From Gemmatimonadales bacterium (lineage in GTDB: Bacteria > Gemmatimonadota > Gemmatimonadetes > Gemmatimonadales > GWC2-71-9): a DNA stretch of 23,444 nt. The translations under genes were made by a program, and so were the position numbers. The notes beneath the pieces are model-generated. The model was given only the letters and a program-made list of their open reading frames with translations. It ran no database searches and was not told the DNA's origin. Location: the NCBI GenBank assembly GCA_041577295.1, contig JBFGJG010000060.1, positions 1 through 23,444 of the forward strand. The letters run 5' to 3'. Below, piece after piece: positions 1 through 7,923 of the stretch (within the stretch, counting starts at the first letter, position 1; the number at the start of each line of letters is the position of its first letter).

Positions 1-124
1 CCGGGCAGGGAATTAGAAGGACATGAGAATCCTCTAAGAAACCGCACCTCAGAGCGAAAACCCGGAACCAGCAACCGTGCATACTGCTTCTCCGCATGGG
101 AATTCACGCGGAGGCATAGGTGTC

Positions 125-742
125 ATGCGCACGGTGGAAGAAGGTGCGGTATTCGTCGAGGGTCCGATGGTAGCAGAGGATGGGTCGAGTGAGTCCATTG
201 AATCATCACGAGGCGTCTTCGAGTCTCTCCTCAAACCGATTCTCGGTAGAGCGTATAGAGCGGCAATGAGCCTCACCGGGTCTCAGGCGGATGCCGAGGA
301 CTTAGTGCAAGAAGCAGCGCTTGCCGCGTACCGTCGGTTCGAGACGTTCACGCCAGGCACGAACTTCAAGGCATGGTTTCTTCGAATCCTGACGAACGCG
401 TTTTACATGCACACACGTCGCGAGCGTCGGCTGGCGTCCGCCCTCGAGCTGGGCGCGACAACAGAATCGCTCCCAGCCGCCGGTTCCTTGGGACCGGCGC
501 CTACGCCGGCCGGTGTGGTGGGGAGCCGGCTTGCCATCGAGCAGATCATGCAGGCGATCCAAACGTTGCCACCGGACTACCGGACGGTGGCCACACTCTA
601 CTTCGTAGAAGACATGTCCTATCACGACATCGCCGCGATTCTGGACTGTCCCATTGGGACCGTTCGATCGCGACTGCACCGGGGTCGCAGGCTGCTGCGC
701 GCTGCGCTCTGGCGCATCGCCCGTGACCACGGGGTGGTCTGA
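125..742 (+). CDS. ECF RNA polymerase sigma-70 factor, SigH/SigR-like (copy 1, no adjacent anti-sigma)
   Basis: Region 2 ADAEDLVQEA...FTPGTNFKAWFLRILTN and region 4 MSYHDIAAILDCPIGTVRSRLHRGR. Start placed at ATG125 because GGAGG lies at 110-114; the ORF track extends to GTG77, so the start is uncertain. Confidence 0.92.
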   Translation: MRTVEEGAVFVEGPMVAEDGSSESIESSRGVFESLLKPILGRAYRAAMSLTGSQADAEDLVQEAALAAYRRFETFTPGTNFKAWFLRILTNAFYMHTRRERRLASALELGATTESLPAAGSLGPAPTPAGVVGSRLAIEQIMQAIQTLPPDYRTVATLYFVEDMSYHDIAAILDCPIGTVRSRLHRGRRLLRAALWRIARDHGVV

Positions 743-743
743 C

Positions 744-770
744 GGGAACTCGTCCGCCGACGGCTGCATT
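744..770 (+). promoter_or_regulatory. Putative ECF promoter P1, GGGAAC-N16-GCATT
   Basis: GGGAAC 744-749 and GCATT 766-770, intergenic, upstream of RBS GGAGG (791-795) and ATG804. Confidence 0.8.
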
Positions 771-803
771 ACCCCGCATGCGCGACAGCCGGAGGAGTCA
801 CTC

Positions 804-1823
804 ATGCGAAGCAGTTGGTGTAGCCCGCGACATGCACTCGTGAGCGCGGCGCTGATGCTGTGGAGTACCCCCGGCATCTCTCAGAGCGCCACTGGCGCTG
901 GACACCATATCGAACGGCTCGATGCCCGATTCGACGTACTAGTCCCACCGGCTGCCGAGCTGGAGCTGGTGGCGGACGGTTTTGATTGGGTGGAAGGGCC
1001 CTTGTGGCACAGCAAGGGGGGGTACCTGCTGTTCTCCGACGTTCCCAGGAACTCCATCTTCCGGTGGGACCCCCAAGGAGGGGTCAGCCTCTTCCTCGCG
1101 CAGAGCGGTTACACAGGGAACGCTGCGTTCGATGGTCCCGAACCCGGCTCCAACGGGCTGGCATGGGATCCAGCGGGGCGGCTGGTCTTCTGCCAGCACG
1201 GTGATCGCCGAATTTCGCGGCTTGAATCCGACGGCCGCCGCACTGTCGTGGTGAGCCACTACAACGGGCGACGCCTCAACAGCCCAAACGACCTCGTATA
1301 CAAGAAGAATGGAGATTTGTACTTCACGGATCCTCCTTTTGGTTTGCCGGGCACGTACGCGGACCCTGGGAAAGAATTGTCATGGCAAGGTGTTTATCGC
1401 GTGGATGCGGAGGGCAACGTGACGCTTCTGACCAAGGACGTTCGCGCTCCCAATGGGCTGGCCTTTTCACCGGATGAGCGCACGCTCTATGTGGCCAACG
1501 CCGACCGAGCCAACGCCACCTGGCATGCCTTTCCGGTCAGTGCCGATGGAACCCTCGGCGCCGGACGCGTGATCTTTGATGCCACTTCGTGGACGAAGAG
1601 GTACGCCGGCGTCCCGGATGGCATGAAGGTCGACCGCGCTGGAAACCTCTTTGCCGTGGGGCCCGGTGGAGTATTCGTGCTTGCGCCTGACGGTACCCAC
1701 CTCGGCACGATTGTCACGGGCGTAGCCACCGCCAACGTTGCATGGGGTGGCGACGGATCCGACCTCTACGTCGTGGCGGGGAGCACGGTGTACCGCATCC
1801 GGCTGACCACCCACGGAACCTAA
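804..1823 (+). CDS. SMP-30/gluconolactonase/LRE family beta-propeller protein, probably exported
   Basis: Motifs WVEGPLW, GSNGLAWD, LNSPNDL, PNGLAFSPD, GVPDGMKVD. Hydrophobic signal-like N-terminus. Strong RBS before ATG804. Confidence 0.92.
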   Translation: MRSSWCSPRHALVSAALMLWSTPGISQSATGAGHHIERLDARFDVLVPPAAELELVADGFDWVEGPLWHSKGGYLLFSDVPRNSIFRWDPQGGVSLFLAQSGYTGNAAFDGPEPGSNGLAWDPAGRLVFCQHGDRRISRLESDGRRTVVVSHYNGRRLNSPNDLVYKKNGDLYFTDPPFGLPGTYADPGKELSWQGVYRVDAEGNVTLLTKDVRAPNGLAFSPDERTLYVANADRANATWHAFPVSADGTLGAGRVIFDATSWTKRYAGVPDGMKVDRAGNLFAVGPGGVFVLAPDGTHLGTIVTGVATANVAWGGDGSDLYVVAGSTVYRIRLTTHGT

Positions 1824-1824
1824 A

Positions 1825-1851
1825 GGGAACGGTTCGCGCGACGCGGGCATT
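1825..1851 (+). promoter_or_regulatory. Putative ECF promoter P2, GGGAAC-N16-GCATT
   Basis: GGGAAC 1825-1830 and GCATT 1847-1851 in the gap before ATG1872. Confidence 0.8.
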
Positions 1852-1871
1852 GAGATCCCGACCCGAGCAAG

Positions 1872-2681
1872 ATGACTGAGACCATGAGCAACGATCCCAT
1901 GCTTCCAGCGGCCCTCACCAACCGATTCGAGGTGACGCACCTCTTAGGCACCGGGTCGCACGCCGACGTCTGGCGTGCGGAGGATGGGACGCGGCGCCGA
2001 CCGGTGGCGCTGAAGGTCTTCCACGCGCTCGATGACCACACCACGAACGCCATGCTCGACATCCTGAAGCGAGCAGGGAAACTCGCGCATCCGCACATCG
2101 TCCGCATCCTCGAGTCGGGGATGGCGGACGGGCAGGTGTATGTCGCAATGCGATACGTCAGCGGGGGGACCTTACGTGACCGGATCGTCGGCGATCTTCG
2201 GGTTCCTCTGCGAGAGGCGATTGGCATTGCCCGTGACGTCGCCGCGGCGATCGACTTTGGTCGGCGGTACGGGGTGGTGCACGGAGCAATCAAGCCCGAG
2301 AACATCCTTCTCGAGGGGAGCCGCGCCTTGGTCAGTGACTTTGGACTGGGAAGCGTGCTCCCTTGGACCGACGCATTCGATCGAAACGACGATATCGCTG
2401 CGCTCGGCAGCCTGCTGTACGAGATGCTGACGGGGGCACCACCTGCCACACCATTTCCGCCAGGCCTCGCGGTACACGCTGGGTCGGTTGACGCGCCGGC
2501 CCGCGAGCAAACCCTTGTCGCCGTTATACCACACGCGATGATGGCGCTCATCGCCGAGAGTCTCGACCCGGTTAGCGCCGCCAGGGTATGGACACCGCGA
2601 GAGTTCGCCGAAGCATTAGGCGATGGAAGGCTCCCGATAGGGGGGCGAAGGGGGGCGCACACTGCGCCGGCTGCCGCATGA
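1872..2681 (+). CDS. Ser/Thr kinase-fold protein, predicted pseudokinase
   Basis: VALK, HPHIV, IKPENILL, DFG and LLYEMLTG are present, but HRD reads HGA and the activation segment/SPE motif is absent. Start could be 1872 or 1884. Confidence 0.85.
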   Translation: MTETMSNDPMLPAALTNRFEVTHLLGTGSHADVWRAEDGTRRRPVALKVFHALDDHTTNAMLDILKRAGKLAHPHIVRILESGMADGQVYVAMRYVSGGTLRDRIVGDLRVPLREAIGIARDVAAAIDFGRRYGVVHGAIKPENILLEGSRALVSDFGLGSVLPWTDAFDRNDDIAALGSLLYEMLTGAPPATPFPPGLAVHAGSVDAPAREQTLVAVIPHAMMALIAESLDPVSAARVWTPREFAEALGDGRLPIGGRRGAHTAPAAA

Positions 2682-4027
2682 CACGGACAATTATGCAGCG
2701 GCCCACCAGACCAACCCGGGTCGTCATCCTCGGCGGTGGGTTTGCCGGTGTTTCCGCAGCGCTCGAGCTGCAACGTCACTTCCCCCGACCCGAGGACATG
2801 CAGCTCACGCTAGTGAATCGCGACAACTTCTTTCTCTTCACCCCGATGCTGCACGAGGTGGCGGCCAGCGATCTCGACGTGACGCACATCGTCAGCCCCA
2901 TTCGCAAGCTGATTCGCCGCGGCGTCTTCTTTGTGGGCGAGGTTGAATCGATCGATCTCATCGAGCGGCAAGTGACGGTTTCCCACGCCGGCGGGCGCCA
3001 CCACCACGTGCTGGAGTACGATCATCTCGTGCTCGCGCTCGGAAGTGTCACGAACTTCCGTGGTATCCCAGGACTCGAGCAGCGGGCGCTAACGATGAAG
3101 AGCCTTGGCGATGCCATCAACCTTCGAAACCGGCTCATTCAGTTGATGGAAGAGGCCGACTTCGAATGTGCCGCGGGCGATCGGCATGAGCTCCTGACGG
3201 TGCTCGTCGCGGGCGGCGGATTCGCCGGCGTTGAGACGGTGGCAGCGGTCAACGACTTTCTCCACGAAGCTCGCCGGTTCTATCCGCATCTCGCGGCGCA
3301 CGACATCCGGGTGGTACTAGTCCATTCCGGCCCCGTGCTCCTGCCAGAGCTGTCACCCAAGTTGGGTACCTATACGCAACGCCAGCTGGCGAAACGCGGG
3401 GTCGAAGTTCGGCTGAACACCTCCGTCACGGCTGTGTCCGACTTTGGCGTCCAGCTGAGTGACGGAACGCGCCTCCGGGCCGAGACGATCGTGTGGACCG
3501 CGGGAACGGCAACTAATCCATTATTGGCCGATCTCCCTTGTGAGAAAGACCGTGGGCGCATTCGCGTCAGACCATCCCTCGACGTGCCCAAATGGCCGGG
3601 CGTGTGGGCGCTTGGCGACTGTGCCGCCATTCCGAACGAGCGCGACGGGGGTACACACCCGCCAACGGCACAGCACGCGCTGCGGGAAGGGCGCTTGCTG
3701 GCTCGAAACATTGCGGCCGTGAAGCGTGGCCAGGAAACCAGGCCATTCCGGTTTTCCACCATCGGTCAGCTTGCCGCCATCGGCCGCCGAACCGGGGTGG
3801 CAAACATTTTGGGTCGCAACTTCTCGGGCTTCGTAGCCTGGTGGCTGTGGCGGACCATATACCTCGCGAAGCTCCCGAGGTTCGAGCGCAAGGTGCGGGT
3901 CGCTCTGGACTGGACCCTGGATCTGGTGTTCTCAAAGGACCTCGTGCAGTTCCAGACCGTTCGCGAGACCGCCCTATCGCAGTCCGAAGCTGAAGACCCG
4001 TCCGAGGATGCCACCCAGGCAGCCTAG
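2678..4027 (+). CDS. ndh: NAD(P)/FAD-dependent oxidoreductase, type II NADH dehydrogenase (NDH-2)-like
   Basis: VVILGGGFAG, FTPMLHEVA, YDHLVLALGS, second Rossmann motif VAGGGFAGVE, WALGDCA, PPTAQHA, GQLAAIG, AWWLWRTIYL. ATG2678 overlaps the upstream stop (ATGA). Confidence 0.88.
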   Translation: MTRTIMQRPTRPTRVVILGGGFAGVSAALELQRHFPRPEDMQLTLVNRDNFFLFTPMLHEVAASDLDVTHIVSPIRKLIRRGVFFVGEVESIDLIERQVTVSHAGGRHHHVLEYDHLVLALGSVTNFRGIPGLEQRALTMKSLGDAINLRNRLIQLMEEADFECAAGDRHELLTVLVAGGGFAGVETVAAVNDFLHEARRFYPHLAAHDIRVVLVHSGPVLLPELSPKLGTYTQRQLAKRGVEVRLNTSVTAVSDFGVQLSDGTRLRAETIVWTAGTATNPLLADLPCEKDRGRIRVRPSLDVPKWPGVWALGDCAAIPNERDGGTHPPTAQHALREGRLLARNIAAVKRGQETRPFRFSTIGQLAAIGRRTGVANILGRNFSGFVAWWLWRTIYLAKLPRFERKVRVALDWTLDLVFSKDLVQFQTVRETALSQSEAEDPSEDATQAA

Positions 4028-4037
4028 TCAGATCCCT

Positions 4038-4063
4038 GGAACCTTTCGAGACGCGCCGACATT
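4038..4063 (+). promoter_or_regulatory. Putative ECF promoter P3, GGAAC-N16-ACATT
   Basis: GGAAC 4038-4042 and ACATT 4059-4063, intergenic, before the kinase-sigma-antisigma genes. Confidence 0.75.
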
Positions 4064-4097
4064 CCGATTTTGACACCATCACGTTGTGGCGCGTACC

Positions 4098-5471
4098 ATG
4101 AAGGACCACCTCCAACCGCTCCGAGAGTCGCTGGCCGATCGTTACGCCGTCGAGCGTGCGCTCGGAGCCGGGGGGATGGGGGTGGTCTACCTCGCAAGGG
4201 ACCTGCGGCACGGCCGCAACGTTGCGATCAAGGTTCTCGGATCCGAAGGGGCAGCGCGGTGGGACGGTACGCGTTTCCTCAGAGAGATCGAGATCACTGC
4301 CGGACTCACCCATCCACATGTTCTTCCTGTCTACGACTCCGGTCGTGGGGAAGACTACCTGTACTACGTAACGCCGTTCATCGAGGGCGGGTCGCTCCGC
4401 GATCTGATTCGTCAGCAACCTATTCCCCTCGAGGTGGCGCTCCGGCTCACGCGTGAGATCGCTGGGGCACTGGACTACGCCCATCGCCAGGACGTCATTC
4501 ATCGCGACATCAAGCCGGAGAACATTCTGATTCTCGACGGCCAGGCCATGGTGGGGGACTTTGGAGTGGCGCGGGCCATCAGTGCGGCGGGTGTAACGTT
4601 CACCGAGTCGGGGGTCGCGGTGGGAAGCCCACCCTACATGAGTCCTGAGCAGGCAATCGGCGCCAGGGGGCTTGACGGCCGAACGGACATCTACAGCCTC
4701 GGTTGTGTCCTTTATGAGATGCTCTTCGGCAAACCGCCCGAGGCTGCGTTCAACCAAGCAGAAATCCGCCATCTGGAGTCGGGGCGTTTTTCGTTACGCC
4801 ATCGCCGGGACCAGCTCGACCAGATCCCCCGAAACGTTCTTCGGGTTCTTGCGCGGGCGTTGGCGCAGCGTCCGAGCGATCGCTATGCCACGGCGCGGGA
4901 GTTTGCCGATGCGTTGCCGTGTCGAGCGCATCCGGCTGGCCGCCGTCGCGCCCGGCATCTGATCGGTCTCGCCGCGGCAGCCCTGGTAGTCTTGCTGGGC
5001 GGCTTTGCGGTGGGTACACCAGGTCAAGCGGAGGTCCTCCGTCGAGGGGTTCCCAAGATCGCCGTATTGCCGTTCGAAAACTTGGGATCTGCCAATGAAG
5101 AGGCGTTCGTGGAAGGAGCCACCGACGAAACGACGGCTCGTCTCGCCAAAGTGGGTGGTGTCGTGGTGCTGGCTCGCCAGAGTACGACCCGATACCGTCG
5201 CTCTCCCAAGACGGTGCGACAGATTGGGAGCGAGCTGGACGCCGACTTTTTGCTCGAGGCCACCGTGAGCTGGCAAGCGCCGGGTGGCCGAGATCGCAGT
5301 CTGCGCGTACGTCCCCAGCTCATTCGCGTAGACGACGGAACCCACATCTGGGCCGACGCCTTCACCGTGAGTGCGAGCGATGTGCTTGCCGCGCAGGCCA
5401 GCGTGGCTGAAAGCGTCGCCGTGCACATCGAAAGGGCCTTCCGCACGCTGCCGGACGATGTCACGCCGTGA
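4098..5471 (+). CDS. Hanks-type Ser/Thr protein kinase with a hydrophobic segment and a TolB-N-like domain
   Basis: GAGGMGVV, VAIK, FLREI, HRDIKPEN, DFG, YMSPEQ, DIYSLG. Hydrophobic LIGLAAAALVVLLGGFAVG, then IAVLPFENL...IGSELDADFLLE...HIWA. Alternative start GTG4086. Confidence 0.93.
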   Translation: MKDHLQPLRESLADRYAVERALGAGGMGVVYLARDLRHGRNVAIKVLGSEGAARWDGTRFLREIEITAGLTHPHVLPVYDSGRGEDYLYYVTPFIEGGSLRDLIRQQPIPLEVALRLTREIAGALDYAHRQDVIHRDIKPENILILDGQAMVGDFGVARAISAAGVTFTESGVAVGSPPYMSPEQAIGARGLDGRTDIYSLGCVLYEMLFGKPPEAAFNQAEIRHLESGRFSLRHRRDQLDQIPRNVLRVLARALAQRPSDRYATAREFADALPCRAHPAGRRRARHLIGLAAAALVVLLGGFAVGTPGQAEVLRRGVPKIAVLPFENLGSANEEAFVEGATDETTARLAKVGGVVVLARQSTTRYRRSPKTVRQIGSELDADFLLEATVSWQAPGGRDRSLRVRPQLIRVDDGTHIWADAFTVSASDVLAAQASVAESVAVHIERAFRTLPDDVTP

Positions 5472-5570
5472 CGGGGCTCGGAGCCGGCTCAGTCAGCACG
5501 ACTGCGGCCCAGTTGCAGCCCCGGCAGGGGGTGCTATCCTTCTCTGTCACCTTTACCAGGGTGAACTTCG

Positions 5571-6176
5571 GTGTCCGAACCCGCCGTCACGACTGAAGAA
5601 CCTACCTTTGAAGAGTTGCTGACGCCCATGTTGGATCCGGCCTACGGGTTAGCCATGACCCTGACCGGCAATCGGGCAGATGCACAAGACCTGGTGCAAG
5701 AAGCCGCCCTTGCCGCGCTCCGGGGCTTCGGGACGTTCCAGCCGGGCTCCAACTTCAAGGCCTGGTTCTATCGCATTCTCACCAACTGCTTCTACGGCAA
5801 GCATCGACAACAGAAGCGCCGGCCCCAAACGGTCGACCTCGACGACGTACCCGACCTTTACATGTATGCACGGACCATCGAGACCGGTCTGCACCGGCAG
5901 ACGGACAACCCGGCGGAGCTCGTCATGGGTCGGATGAACGTGGAGCACGTGCAACGGGCCATCCAGGCACTACCGGACGACTATCGCTCGGTGGCCGGGC
6001 TGTACTTCCTAGAAGATCTGACCTACGAGGAGATTGCAGAGGCATTGAGCTGTCCGGTAGGAACGGTGCGGTCGCGCCTTCACCGTGGGCGCCGCATACT
6101 ACAGAAGATGCTCTGGCACATCGCAACCGAGGAGGGGATCGTGTCCCAACTCACGCAAGAAGGGGTCAACACATGA
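5571..6176 (+). CDS. ECF RNA polymerase sigma-70 factor, SigH/SigR-like (copy 2)
   Basis: ADAQDLVQEA...FQPGSNFKAWFYRILTN and LTYEEIAEALSCPVGTVRSRLHRGR. Overlaps the downstream anti-sigma gene. Confidence 0.94.
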   Translation: MSEPAVTTEEPTFEELLTPMLDPAYGLAMTLTGNRADAQDLVQEAALAALRGFGTFQPGSNFKAWFYRILTNCFYGKHRQQKRRPQTVDLDDVPDLYMYARTIETGLHRQTDNPAELVMGRMNVEHVQRAIQALPDDYRSVAGLYFLEDLTYEEIAEALSCPVGTVRSRLHRGRRILQKMLWHIATEEGIVSQLTQEGVNT

Positions 6177-6439
6177 TGCGGCCAAGTCGATTGACATGCG
6201 AGCAGACCTTTCGACAACTCAACGATTATCTGGACCGAGCGCTCAGCGCCGAGGAGATGCGGCTCGTGGAGGAGCACCTCGAGACCTGTGCTCAGTGCGC
6301 CAGTGAGTATCGTTTTGAGTCGACGTTTCTGGATGAGTTGCGCAGCAAACTGCAGCGAATCGCGATGCCCGACGACGTTCGTTCGAGGCTGTTTGCCAAG
6401 CTGGCGGCTGACAAGAAGCCCGGTTCGCCTGGTTCTTAG
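6173..6439 (+). CDS. Zinc-binding anti-sigma factor (zf-HC2/ZAS, RsrA/RshA-like), copy 1
   Basis: N-terminal Cys (LTCEQ) plus HLETCAQC (HxxxCxxC). 88 aa, soluble, ATGA overlap with the sigma gene. Confidence 0.92.
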   Translation: MMRPSRLTCEQTFRQLNDYLDRALSAEEMRLVEEHLETCAQCASEYRFESTFLDELRSKLQRIAMPDDVRSRLFAKLAADKKPGSPGS

Positions 6440-6462
6440 TCCCACCAGGCGGACTGGGGGAC
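6439..6462. terminator. GC-rich hairpin between convergent genes
   Basis: GTCCC-a-CCAG-gcgga-CTGG-GGGAC directly after the anti-sigma stop; no clear U tract. Confidence 0.45.
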
Positions 6463-6493
6463 GTCTTCGGCTCCCTCGCTTTCCTTTACCAGT

Positions 6494-7300
6494 CTAATCA
6501 TCGTCTCGACGCCCATCCAACCACTCTTGTGCCGGACCAAATGCCGCTAAGAACTCGGCTGGCAGGCTCCGACCGATGGTTCCCAAACTACGAAGATCGA
6601 TCGATGAACTGTCGTGAAAAACGATGGCCGAGAGGCCTTGTGCTTGCGCGAGCTCTCGGCAACGCGCGAACACCGTTTTCGAAAGGACGGCGCGTGACAG
6701 ATTACAGCCCGACAAAACTGCACCGTTGAGACATGCCAGCGTCAGGTCGGCATCTCGCAGGTCAGCCCCGGTGAGATCGACACCGGTGAGGTTGGCGCCT
6801 TCGAGATTCGCACCGTGAAAGTTTGCCCCCGTCAGCTTTGCGAAACTCAGATTGGCGTCACGCAGATCTGCTCCACTCAAGATTGCTTGGGAGAGGTCGG
6901 TGTGACGCAAGTCCCCTCGCCTGAGGGCGGCATTGCTGAGATCTACTCCGTTCAGCCGGGCAAACTCGAATGACGTACGCGTCAGGTCCGCACCCCGAAA
7001 GCTCGACTGGGTGAGGTTGACGGCAAGCAGACGAACGTCTACCGCAGTCACCTCATCAAAGTTGGCCTCGGAGAAATCCGCGCCCGATAAGTCGGCGCCG
7101 GTGAGGTCCGCACCCGCGAACTGCGCGGCGCGACCGTCGCTTTCGCACAGATCGGCACCACGCAGATCCGCCCCACGGAAATCGACTTTTTGGAGATCCG
7201 CGTAGAGGAGCACACAGCCCGCGAGGTCCGCGCCGGCGAGTGTGTCGGCATCAAGCGCCATCAGGCGCTCGCCGGTGGTACGATGTCGCACCTCGATCAT
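6494..7300 (-). CDS. Pentapeptide-repeat protein
   Basis: Long run of A(D/N)Lxx repeats (GADLRGADL, GANLEGANLTGVDLTGADL). RBS AAGGAG at 7306-7311 on the minus strand. Confidence 0.93.
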   Translation of the reverse strand: MIEVRHRTTGERLMALDADTLAGADLAGCVLLYADLQKVDFRGADLRGADLCESDGRAAQFAGADLTGADLSGADFSEANFDEVTAVDVRLLAVNLTQSSFRGADLTRTSFEFARLNGVDLSNAALRRGDLRHTDLSQAILSGADLRDANLSFAKLTGANFHGANLEGANLTGVDLTGADLRDADLTLACLNGAVLSGCNLSRAVLSKTVFARCRELAQAQGLSAIVFHDSSSIDLRSLGTIGRSLPAEFLAAFGPAQEWLDGRRDDD

Positions 7301-7336
7301 GAGGGCTCCTTTGCGCGGCGGATCTGGCGGGGACCC

Positions 7337-7363
7337 GGGAACTCAGTCCCCTCAGTTGACATT
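7337..7363 (+). promoter_or_regulatory. Putative ECF promoter P4, GGGAAC-N16-ACATT
   Basis: GGGAAC 7337-7342 and ACATT 7359-7363, upstream of the orphan anti-sigma gene at 7469. Confidence 0.75.
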
Positions 7364-7366
7364 ATA
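7361..7366 (-). promoter_or_regulatory. Possible housekeeping sigma-70 -10 box for the pentapeptide gene
   Basis: Perfect TATAAT on the minus strand about 60 nt upstream of ATG7300; the -35 match is poor (TGGCCG). Confidence 0.4.
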
Positions 7367-7468
7367 TCCTTGGTGAGTCTGGGCGGCCATGGCGCCGAGA
7401 AGAAGAGAGACCTCGCGGTGCCGTGGCCGCGCGTGTGTGTATAGTGACCAAGAGGGGGGTTCACTAGG

Positions 7469-7717
7469 ATGTCGGGTCCAGTGCGGTATACGTGCGAAAA
7501 GATCTTTAGACTGCTCGATCGCTACGTCGATCGGGATCTCTCGGGCGCCGAGCACGACAAAGTTCTGCAGCATCTCGACGCGTGCGCGAGGTGCGCATCG
7601 GAGTTTGAATTCGAAGTATCGCTAGTGGAGGACGTTAGGTCGAAGCTCAGCCGGATTGATGCTCCCGCCGAGCTTCTCGTACGCATCGACACCCTGCTTC
7701 GAGGAAGCAATCAATAA
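7469..7717 (+). CDS. Zinc-binding anti-sigma factor (zf-HC2/ZAS), copy 2, orphan
   Basis: YTCEKIFRLLDRYVDRDLS...HLDACARCASEF, a clear paralogue of 6173..6439, with no sigma gene directly upstream. Confidence 0.88.
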   Translation: MSGPVRYTCEKIFRLLDRYVDRDLSGAEHDKVLQHLDACARCASEFEFEVSLVEDVRSKLSRIDAPAELLVRIDTLLRGSNQ

Positions 7718-7722
7718 CGGCG

Positions 7723-7923
7723 CTAGCCGGCCCTCCACGCGTTCTTGCCACATGCCGGACAACTATGTGCTTCGGTCACGACACCACCCAATGAGGTGTT
7801 GACCCGGGATGCTTCCTTCGCACTCCTCGGTTCAATCACCTTCACTGCGTGTCGATTCATCAGATTTCCGCAAACGGGGCACCGCATCTGCACGTAGGAC
7901 TTCGTTTTCGCCAACGGGCTCAC
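7723..7923 (-). CDS. Small Zn-ribbon-like protein (CxxC...CxxC)
   Basis: CPVC and CPAC pairs. The GTG start overlaps the FMN reductase stop, with an AGGAGG RBS just upstream. Confidence 0.75.
   Translation of the reverse strand: MSPLAKTKSYVQMRCPVCGNLMNRHAVKVIEPRSAKEASRVNTSLGGVVTEAHSCPACGKNAWRAG

Noticed and set aside
64..90. GGAAC-N17-GCTTC upstream of sigma copy 1 as a ninth, autoregulatory promoter
   Set aside because: The position is plausible, but the -10 differs from RCATT at two positions, so it was not counted.
3567..4772. 401-aa minus-strand ORF, and similar ones at 1820..2779, 8807..9613 and 21009..21737
   Set aside because: Antisense shadows of the kinase, oxidoreductase, VOC and glucosidase genes.
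7356..7361. Perfect TTGACA (+) as a sigma-70 -35 box
   Set aside because: No -10-like hexamer 16-18 nt downstream; it is explained by overlap with the ECF -10 ACATT.
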